A DNA stretch of 64,000 nt, from positions 34,782,001 to 34,846,000 of the forward strand of contig OZ360239.1 in assembly GCA_977017645.1 (NCBI GenBank), in the 5' to 3' direction. Positions 26,957-37,400 of the stretch are shown here, piece after piece. Below the pieces are notes generated by a model. That model saw only the letters and a program-made list of their open reading frames with translations, was not told where the DNA came from and did no database searches. The position numbers and the translations under genes were made by a program. This stretch comes from Torpedo marmorata (taxonomy: Eukaryota). Position 1 is the first letter of the stretch; each line of letters opens with the position of its first letter.

Positions 26957-27376
26957 AAAAAACACAAATGCTGGAGAAACTCAGCAGGTCAAACAGTGTC
27001 ATTTATGTAGCAAAGGTAGAAATACATAACCGACGATTCGGGCTTGAGCCCTTCATCAAAGTATGAGAAAATGCCGGTAGGCGTCCGAACAAAAGAGTGA
27101 GGGGGGAAGGGGGGGTGTGGCAAAGGCAGGAGATGATAGGTGGAGACTTTCTCCACCTATCATCTCCTGCCTTTGCCACCCCCCCTTCCCCTCACTCTTT
27201 TGTTCGGACGCCTGCCGACATTTTCTCATACTTTGATGAAGGGCTCAAGCCCGAAACGTCGGTTATGTATTTCTACCTTTGCTACATAAAAGACACTGTT
27301 TGACCTGCTGAGTTTCTCCAGCATTTGTGTTTTTTACTTCAACCACGGTGTCTACAGATTTTCGTGTTTTACTTCT
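26957..27376 (+). mobile_element. Fold-back non-autonomous Penelope-like element with 15-bp TSD
   Basis: Inverted arms 26957-27146 and 27150-27336 with 3-nt spacer ctt, then a 40-nt unpaired tail; exact TSD tggtagtggaaaatt at 26942-26956 and 27377-27391. Confidence 0.92.
27227..27267 (+). ncRNA. Minimal type I hammerhead ribozyme motif in the Penelope-like pLTR
   Basis: catact-TTGATGA-a-gggc-tcaa-gccc-GAAACGTC-ggttatg: core with C3U, stem II gggc/gccc, stem III reduced to palindromic ACGT, predicted GUC cut after 27260, stem I cauacu/ggu(u)aug. Confidence 0.7.
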
Positions 27377-29191
27377 TGGTAGTGGAAAATTGCTTCTCAG
27401 ACTGAAGGCCTGTGATTAGTGGTGTGCCTCAGGGATCAATGCTGGGACCATTGTTGTTTGTTGTCTATATCAATGATCTGGATGATAATGTAGAAAATTG
27501 GATCAGCAAGTTTGCTGATGATACTAAGATTGGAGGCTTTGTGGACAGCGAGGAAGGTTTTCAAAACTTACAGAGGGATCTGGACCAACTGAAAAAATGG
27601 GCCAGAAAGTGGCAGATGGAATTTAATGCAGAAAAGTGTGAGTTGTTGCATTTTGGAAGGACAAACCAAGGCAGGACGTAAACAATAAATGATAGGGCAC
27701 TGAGGAGTGCGGAGGAACAAAGGGATCTGGGAATTCAGATACATAATTCCCTGAAAGTGGCGTCACAGGTAGACAGGGTTGTGAAGAAAGCTTTTGGCAT
27801 CTTGACCTTCATAAATCAAAGTATTAAGTACAGGAGTTGGGATGTTATGGTGAGGTTGTACAAGACATTGGTGAGGTCAAATTTGGAGTATTGTGTGCAG
27901 TTCTGGTTGCCAAACTACAGGAAGGATATCAGTAAGATTGAAAGAGTGCAGAGAAGATTTACTAGGATGTTGCTGGGTCTTCAGGAATTGAGTTACAGGG
28001 AATGATTAAACAGGTTAGGACTCTATTCCTTGGAGCGTAGAAGAATGAGGGAGATTTGATAGAGGTTTACAAAATTATGAGAGGTACAGAGTAAATGGGA
28101 GTAGGCTCTTTCCACTTAGATTGGGAGAGATAAATACAAGAGGACATGGACTTAGCATGAAAGGGGAAAGGTTTAGGGGGAACATTAGGGGGAACTTCTT
28201 CACTCTGAGAGTGGTGGGAGTGTGGAACGAGTTGCCACCTGACTTGATAAATACGCGCTCACTCTTAAGTTTTAAAAATAAACTAGATAGATACATGGAT
28301 GGGAGAGGTCTGGAGGGTTATGGAATGGGTGCAGGTCAGTGGGACTAGCGGTATGATGTTTTTGGCACAGACTAGAAGGGCCGAATGGCCTGTTTTCTGT
28401 GCTGTAGTGTTCTATGGTTCTATGGTTCTAACTAGAGGTGCTGATGTGCTTTCTTCACGATGCCATTTGTGTATTGGGTCCAGGAAAGGTCTGTTCTAAT
28501 TTCATAACCAGCATCTGCACTATTTTGCTTTTACTCAATATTTTCATGGTTTAAATGTTAAACGATTCATAGAAAATTTCAAAGTCATTTAGCCCTTGGC
28601 TGCTTTCCTGTAACCAATTGTGGCACAGGATCAGGAGTGCTCTGCTGTATTCTTCCTCTGTGTTGGTAATCGGTGCCTTCCCAGTCATTTTCTCATTGAT
28701 ATTATTGTGCAATTCCTTTTTCTCAATATTTCCAAATATTCAACTCTTTTGCAAAAAAGCCTTAGGCGTTTGTTATAATGAAAGTTTGGTTTTTAAAAAA
28801 ATGTGGTTCATTAGAAGAGCATGTTACCATCCTTACCCAATTAAAATAATATCTAATTTAAAACTCAGCAATGAATTTCATTTCAAAATTAAATATTAAT
28901 TCAAAATTAGTACTTCTGCAAAATATTTTTCAAATCATTTTCAGATCTATGAATTATGTTTCATAATTTGTTTTTTTTTACTGCTATGAATGGAAGAACA
29001 AGAATTATTAGAAGTGGGTCATACAGCCCTTGAATCTGCGCCCCTGCCCATAAGCTCAAGATGATCCTGTGCCTCCTCTACTGTTTCACCCACTTGCCAC
29101 AGCCCATATTTGGTGCCCAAATATATATTCATTTCACTCGTAAGTTTAAATTTATTCCCAGAGTACATACATGACATCATATAGAACCCTG

Positions 29192-29732
29192 GAGAAAAAT
29201 ATATGGTGTCATTATTTTTTTTCCGACTAACGTCTCTAAATTTTATTTTTTAAATGTAGGAACCTCTCAATGGCTAAAAATACAAAAATTGGAATTACCC
29301 AGGTTTTGGTAACCCTGATGAATGGTTTCAACCAGAAACATTGACTATCTTTTGCCTTCCATGGATGCTGTCTAGCAGTTGAATTCTTCCAGCATTTTGT
29401 GTTTCTCCAGTTTTACAGCATCTGCAGTCCTCTGTAAAGATGGAACCTCTTTACTTGGGGATTGTATGATTCTATCTCAAAGTGGTGTGGATGTCTCATT
29501 TAAGGACTCTTACTTTGCTCATTATTTATTGCTAAATATTTATACTTTTGTATTTGCACAGTTAGTTTGTTTACAGTTCTTTCTTTCTTTGGGTATATTT
29601 TACAGTTACTGGTGATTAGAAATTCTGCCTGGCAATTTTTGTATTTTTAGCCATTGAGAGGTTCCTACATTTAAAAAATAAAATTTAGAGACGTTAGTCG
29701 GAAAAAAAATAATGACACCATATATTTTTCTC
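29192..29732. repeat. Perfect 100-bp inverted repeat (29192-29291 / 29633-29732), 341-bp spacer
   Basis: Arms are exact reverse complements by eye, including homopolymer lengths. Confidence 0.92.
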
Positions 29733-30337
29733 AGAATTGCTTGAAAATGTTCAGTGTTGGGAAAATAGGACATCTCCTTTTATTCTTAATTTGATTTGTG
29801 CAATCAAATGTACTGCGGAGCATCATCAGGCAAATGTTAGTCTTTCCTCAATGTTGGGACTGATCAAATGGTTTTGACTCCTTAGGCTTGGCCTTCCCAG
29901 CTAACTTGCACAATGGCCTGCCAGCCTTGTGTGTGAGGCACAGCTATTTGAGTGAGATTCTGAAGACCAATGCTGCTCGCAGATACTTTGCAGGTGGTTG
30001 GTTATATTTGGACAGAGAAAAATAGGTTCAAACAAAAAGTAAAATCATGTCAGAAATCAACGTTCTTGAATCTTTCATTTTTATTTAAACAATGTCCATT
30101 GATGACAATATTCAGCAAACTTCTGGAAGAGTGGACAGAGTGAATGAATTGATTTAATGTCAGTACATTATCATCACGACAGGGCTTCATCATTTCCATA
30201 TCACCCCATTTTTATAGTTCAAAACCATCCCCTTGCCAATTCCCCTCATTACACAGCAAAAAAAAAAGGCAGGAGCACGCTCACAGATAATGGCAGTTTC
30301 CAGGGATAGTCTGGTTTTAAGAAGAGTTAGAAATAGT

Positions 30338-30535
30338 GAAGTAAACACGAAAATCTGTAGACACCGTAATAATGTAGTAAAAAACACAAATGCTGGAGAA
30401 CTCAGCAGGTCAAACAGTGTCTTTTATGTAGCAAAGGTAGAAATACATAACTGACGTTTCAGGCTTGAGCCCTTCTTCAAAGTATGAGAAAATGCCGGCA
30501 GACGTCCGAACAAAGGAGTGAGGGGGGAAGGGTGG
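30338..30535 (-). mobile_element. Solo Penelope-like pLTR (same young family as 15915 and 27150)
   Basis: aaacacgaaaatctgtagacacc...aaacacaaatgctggagaa...gacgtttcaggcttgagcccttcttcaaagtatgag. Confidence 0.85.
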
Positions 30536-31479
30536 GTTCCAGTTTAAGCAGAAAAACAGATGTACAGTCAAGAGGAATGCAACACATTAGACAAGATGAC
30601 ACAAAACCAATGCCAATGGCAATCCGTGAGTGAAGTCAGCGTGGCTTTGTTTAAAAATAAAATCATGCAAATATGGTTCAACCTGGTGTAGAGAATGGTG
30701 GCGCCATCAGCTGGTGTCAATATGCCAGGATTTAACCATCATTTTTGATTTTCGGAATTGCTGGGGACTTCAAGCTTTTCCTATACAGTAGTGTCACAAT
30801 GAAATGTGAATAAAGCACTTATTTCCTAGTCTGTGAGCCATTTTGGTGATTTGTAAGATTTATGTTCACAAAAAATAACAAATTGTGGAGTTGATTGTGG
30901 GCATTTGTTGCAGGAATGAACAATGGTTAAATCGGAGGCAACTTAAAAATTTCCAACCTATTTTGATCCATCATTGTAACTTCATACTGCTCGTTCCAAC
31001 AGTGACCACGACGGTGTTGTCATGGGCTCGATGAAGGCTGTGTGAACAGTTTGTCGGACTGATAACTTCTAATAAATTGCTCAGATTGAAGTGAAGATTC
31101 CTGAAAAATTCACGTTATTTTAGGTGGCACGTGAAATGCTTGGTAGAATCGTTTCACAGCTTAACTGGTGCAGCATTTCAAAAGTAAAGATCTCAGAAAT
31201 ATAATGCTAAGCTCAAAGCAAGCAATCTTTTCCCTAAACAATTAATGTGCTAGATTGTCAGAGAGCAAATATTTACATTTGCATATCTGCAAAGATCAAA
31301 TTAAACAGGTAGGTATCAGAAATTAATAATCCCTGTCTGTCCTGAAGAGCGAAAGAGAGGCTTCAGTTCTATAATTAAACTGAGTAAATGTTCCATTTAA
31401 CTTTAGTTAAATATTTTATACTTTTTAAATGACGTGCTTTGTGCCATTAATCATGCGCAACTGAGTTTTGCTCATTTAC

Positions 31480-34400
31480 CTTTCTAACCTAATCTAAAAG
31501 AGCACCACTCTGGAAGTAACGTTTAATATGTGCGGTTCTAATAGCAGCAAGAATAATTTGTATTTATGAGGTGGTTCTAATGAAACATAAATGCTCCCAA
31601 GTGGTTCTGGGCATAATCAAACGGCATTTGACACTGAACTACGTGAGAAATCTGAAGGGAAATTACCAAAATTTGGAAGTTCATACGATTTTTGGGATGT
31701 AGAGCAGAAGGTTTAGGCAAGGACTTGACGAGTTTAGGACATTTGCAGCTATACGACTACCTTTGCTAAAGCCATTAAATTTGTGCATGATCAAAAGGCC
31801 AGAACTAGAGTGGAATCAATATGCTGGGGTGTTATAGATATGGAGGAGAATAAGGAGATAGGGTCCACGGAGCCCATAAATTGATTTGAAGCAATTAACA
31901 TTTTAAGATTGCTTTATTGGAAATTAATATGGGCTAACGAGTGCAGGGATGAGGGGTGAGTGGGGATAAATCTTTATTTCATATTTATTTATAGCAAAGA
32001 AGGGGCTATTTCAGTCCATCAAAACCATTCCAGCTCACAGAGCAACCCTCCCACTATTTTTCTATCTGACCTAGTTTCCTGTCAACTCTGCCCAGATTGT
32101 ACATCTGGAGACAATTTATAGGGCCAATTAAATAATCACCTTGCACATCTTTTGAAGAAGGGGGAGTGGAACAGAACATGTTGGAGAAGCCTATGCAGCC
32201 ACTTCACATGGATGACAGTGGCAGTCATATTGAGCCTGGGGTGTTGTAGCTATGAGGCTATCTGCATTACGACACTAAGGATACAGGCAGATTTAGATGA
32301 ACTAAGATTTACAGAGGGTTAAAAATGAAAATTAAAATGCTCTGAATTTTTTTTGTAAGTCAGGTAGCATCTTGGGTGTGCTATTTCAGGTCAGTGATCT
32401 TTCCTCAATGTAGTCAAGAGGTAACAAAGTTTTTGCTGGTGATTTCAGTAACAGAAGAGCTGAGCTGTGAACAATCTAGCTGAGTTTCAAATAGCAGCCA
32501 AGAGGAATAATAAAATGAGGAATTAACAAACAGCATTTCTGATAAAAATGGAAGAAAATGGCTTCAATATTCATGATGTTGAGTTGAAGGACATTTCTGC
32601 TTCTCCCATTCTAAATATTAGACGAGCATTCTGATGGTTTGGAGATAGTGATTGTGTCCAGAACGATAATGGTGAGGTGGAACTGAGCATCATCAATGTA
32701 TATGTGGAAATGACACAATCTATTAGGATGACATAGAAAGAGGCCAATGATAGAGTTATAGTCAAAGAATCTTAATCCTCAGAAAGAGGATCACATCCAT
32801 ACTGACCGTTTTGCACATCTACCCCAATCCCATTTGCTGACAGTAGAACTGTATGCTTCTATGCCTGGACAATGTAAATCAAAATGTCTCTTAAACATAG
32901 TGATACTATAGTCATAGTTAAACATACCTCCTCTGTCAGCGTGTTCCAGATATCAACCATGCTCTTTGCAGAAAACCTTCCCCTCAAATCCCCTTTAAAA
33001 CTCACAGATCATTAAGTTAAAAGAGTGTATCATAAGAAAATCTAATGCAATTGATTCTTTACCTGTGACTGGAGCCAGCCAGTTGGATGATAGGGAAATG
33101 ATGTTTGAGGAAGGCAGTGTGATCAATGGCTACAAATAGGTCAAGAAAACTGAAGGGAGATACATTGCTTTTGTCACAATTTCATATGATATCATTTGTG
33201 ACTTTGGTGAAGTATTTTAATACAGAGCCAGATCAGTAATGAAATTGGAGACTGGGAAAGACATGCATGGATTTGAGAGTCCACAACACATTAAAAGTCT
33301 TTGGATAGAAAATAAGTCACACTGCTAGATGTGTCTCCAATGTGAAATTCCAATTCTGTTTCTCTTTCCACAGATATTGCCTGATCTACTGAGTATTTCT
33401 AGCAATTTCTGCTTTTATGTCACATTGGGTGGTTTGGTTTTTGAGGAGTTTTGATGGCAGAATTGAAGAAGTTAGTGAACAGTATCTAAAGAAAGAAACT
33501 TGTTAACATTATCAATCAGAAAAGAAGTTAGGTAGCAAGCAGATGCTGGGATCCTGAGCAAATAATGAGCTGCTGGAGAAACTCTATGGGCCAGTCAGCA
33601 TCCATGGGTAAAAGCAGTCAGTCAACATTTCGGGTCAAGAACCTTTCCTGAGATTTAGTCTCAATATAGAATCTCAACCCAAAACGTTGACTGACCATTT
33701 TTACCCGTGGATTCTGCCTGGCCTATTGAGTTCCTCCAGAAGCTGATTGTTTGCTTTAGTAGAAGGCAAGTTTGGTCAAACATGCCAGACAACTACTAAT
33801 GGAAAGATAAACTCGGCAAGATAGGAGTGGGACTTGAGGAAGATATAAATTTACATCAAGCAGTGGAAGGGTCTTGGAAGTTTAGTTTGGTGGCCTGTAT
33901 AAAGGGAGAAAAGTAGCAGCAGTAGAAAGCTGAAGCCTCAATCTCAATGAAGTTCGTGAGATCTTCACACAAAATAGAGGGAGGCAGAAGAGACAGCAGA
34001 AAGGGGAGTGTTTGTGATAGAGAAAAAAATGGTTCCAGAATGGGCCTTCTGACATGTTACAGTAGGATTGGGTGGAGATTTTTTTTTTGTGCGTGTGTGT
34101 GTGGTAATGGATTTGGTCAACCAGGCCTGGCTGTAAATTGTAAACTGTAGATCCACTGTATCCATCCATGCCTTTTATCTCCTTTGGATTTAAGGGGTTG
34201 GAGATGTTAACCAATCTAAATGAAGCTGCAAGGGTAAGATGATTTTTTTAATAGAAATGTGTGTATTTGGAGAAATGATGTGGTGATTCGAGGGCCGAAT
34301 TTGAAAGTGAGTGTTTAATTGAATTCAGAGCAAACACTTTACAGGAAAAGCACCAGAAGAAGTGAAAGAGAGAGGAGGGGAGGAGGATGTGTTCAGACAT
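31480..34400 (-). mobile_element. Old L2 LINE remnants with younger inserts
   Basis: Minus strand near 32700 reads HFHIYIDDAQFHL (decayed FHxYADDTQLYL); purine-rich L2-like segments; boundaries vague. Confidence 0.5.
33557..33755. mobile_element. Older fold-back Penelope-like pLTR derivative
   Basis: agcaaataatgagctgctggagaaactc...gtcaacatttcggg is inverted against cccaaaacgttgac...gagttcctccagaagctgattgtttgct. Confidence 0.7.
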
Positions 34401-37400
34401 TGACACCAAGAAGGGATTAAGAAGATCCTCTTCTCTGTAAATGAATCATAGACATTTATGACATGGAATTCAGCCTTAAGTCCACTCCCCTGAAAATGGA
34501 GCCATTCCAGTTTCTCCCACTTCTCAGCTATTCAGTAACTACCCTTGTCATGTATGTATTTTCAAATGTTCATCCATCTAGGCACCTTTGAAATCTTTTT
34601 AGGATTTTTGCCTCAACCACACCTTTAGGGAATGACAGCCCAGTGACTTTTGTGTGAAAAGATATTTGCTCATCTCTTCTCTAAGCAAGTCAAATCTATG
34701 TTTCCTAGTTACTTTGGCAAGGGAAATAGAATCTTACTGTTCACTCTGTGCAGGCAGCTCAGAATGCAGTACTGCTCAAATCAGTCTGCTTTATTTCAAT
34801 GAAAACAACCACCACTTAGCCAAGCTCTCCTCATAACTATAATTCTTCAATCCTGGCAACGTCCTCACAAAGTCAAAGGGATGGCCTTGAAATGGGGGTG
34901 GGGTTGATATATAGGACGAGGAGTTACAGTCCCTGACGTTTCAGTATTGGTTATTGATCCTCTCGAAACTCATGCCTCCTATTGTGATATTGATTGGGAA
35001 TCCGCATTTAATGCTGATTGGTGACGTTCAATCGAGCGTGTTCTCATGCACCCCAATCACAGTAATGATTATCTTCCCAATCATTTACTCAGCCAGTTTT
35101 ACATCACACTCTACACCACATTAGATAAATGCCGCAGTGTGTGGATAATGTGAATTTATACACACAGGGTTCAAAAGAGTCAGAAACTGTCTATTGTCCA
35201 TTCGCATTTTAAAAGATTCTTTAAAGATTCATTAATACGTGTCCCTGGTATCGGGTCATTGGGTACAGGACTAACCTTTCGATTTGGGGAATTGAGGCCA
35301 GAACAGGGTCTGGTTTGATTTCTCATTAAGAGAAAGCGGGCGAGTAAGGTATTAATGACACGAGTTGAGTGTTTGGAAAATGCCTGGGTATCCATTTCCT
35401 TAACTTCTGATCAATAGATTGGACAGATCGAGCGATATGAGGAGGAAGGGTGTGCGAGCGTTTGGAACGATGGCAGAAGCCAAGTTCCTTCCCCCTTGTG
35501 GTCCTCCTTCAACGTCCTCTTCTTTCCAATCCATAGCCAAACTTTAAACTCATACTTTGAGACAAATTTAAAAGTGAAAATATTCCAAACAAACGAGAGA
35601 CTAAATAGCGAACAAGGTTTCACCATAAATATTGTTGACCTGCTATGGATTTTTTTTATTGCAAACGAATCACACCAGTTAGTTATACACTGAAGAAATA
35701 ATACAAGAAATAACGCAACAATCGTTGTCACACACTACGTATGCAACATTCACCATAGTGTTTGGGAGCAAGTCTCTAGACCATCAATAAACAAGCCTCA
35801 TCAATATCATTTCAAAGAACTAACATTTCACAGCCAAGTTCGCATTGTTTACGTTCTGGTGCGAACTACACCATAGTAATGAGAGGAGAACCCATCGCCT
35901 GTCAAGGGTTTGATGATTGAGCTTTAAAAATAATACAGTGTCGATGTTAACATTTTTCCTCTACGCATTCGCCTACTTATTCAAGGCTCTCATTCTGGCC
36001 ATTCATCGTGGTTGAGCAACATAATGAAATAATATTTAATAATTCACAGGGAGTGAGTGAAATTGTTTCGGTCGGATATTGCCTTTTGCGGATAAAGGAA
36101 TTATGACATTGCTATCGACAGCATTTTGAACCTCTCGTAATTATGATGATGGGTATTATAAACTTGGAATTATGCACAGTTAACTGTGAATAATTATTCA
36201 CTATTATTGACAAAATATGTCATCTCATTTCTGCCTTGTCTGCCAAGACTGATAACCACCATATCAGCCATACTGTGCTTTATCCCCCCACACCCACCCC
36301 CCCCCCCGCTCCGATAAATCAAATAATCAGGAGACACCAAGATTTCTATCACTGTGGCTTTAACAGAACGCACACGTCTGTATAGATGGCTTAATATTAA
36401 CATAACCGCTGAAATTGTTGAATAGGTTATCTCAAATCCATTTAGAAAACTACTTAAATGTCGCTGTCATAATCATTGGGAGTGAGGGCTGATGTGAAAA
36501 GCCATGGTATTATTGCTTTGCCGATGTCAGGTTGGCCTACAAACGTATATTGCATTTACGAAACGTTTATATCTGAATCTTAAAGGGGAATAACGACTAG
36601 ACTTAAAATAACATGTATATGTAGTAAGCTCATCGGAGTATAAATATGTCCAGTGGTTAAGATGGATACAACATGGTGTACGCCATAATTAGATCAGAAA
36701 AATGTTGTTTCTTGCATCATTGGTTGCTTGCTGTTCCCTTCCAATATTTCATGCTTTTATTTTAGACCTGCATTTTTTTCTTGCCTTCTCTAACATCAAT
36801 TATAGTTTAATTTGCTACAACTTCATCAAACTGACACAAAGGGACGAGTCGGCCGACCTTTCTTTTCTCTCCCACCAGCAAGCTCCACAAACTTGTGCAA
36901 ACAAACATATCTATGCTATAGATTCGTTTTACAGAAAGGTTGCTTCAAACAAAAACGTCCTGAACAGTCTGGGTTTTGATATACTGTCTTATTCATTCCA
37001 CACAAACCAGAGTGCTGTGATATACTTCCAACGTAGATTGCAATTCAATCATTTGATTTTTTTAAGCCTATTTCTTTTTTTATGTGAATGCTGTCTGATT
37101 TGCATTCCTAACATTATCTTGAGCGATGAATTAAGGTTCCCAATGTTAAAATAAGATGCAACGCGATTTTTCTAAATATTTTTTTCGGCATCTGCTGAGA
37201 AGCCATACATCTAGACTGCAAGACAGCTCATTTAAAGAATTATAAGGATAATTTATTCCTTCCCTCTTTTAATTCTAATTTTTAATTAGTCTTGTAATAA
37301 TTCACAAGTTAATAATACCGACCTCATTTTCGTCGATCTATAATATTGAGTTGGGAAGCAGAATTCCAATTTCCCTCATGATCTTCTCCAAGTGCTTTAA

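Larger units (their letters stand above)
25860..28429 (+). mobile_element. 5'-truncated, decayed CR1 LINE ORF2 (interrupted at 26957-27376)
   Basis: NPKGFYKYV, DKSPGPD, QHGF, YMDFSKAFDKVPH, GVPQGS, KFADDTK, LEYCVQFW; tail (ttctatgg)n. Confidence 0.95.

Noticed and set aside
1-35000. Exons of an upstream neighbour such as ACADSB expected from synteny
   Set aside because: No matching peptide recognised by eye; small exons or UTR could have been missed.
36702-37154. 150-aa ORF (also the 140-aa ORF at 40042-40464)
   Set aside because: F/L/I/S-rich translations of AT-rich DNA with no motifs or splice support.
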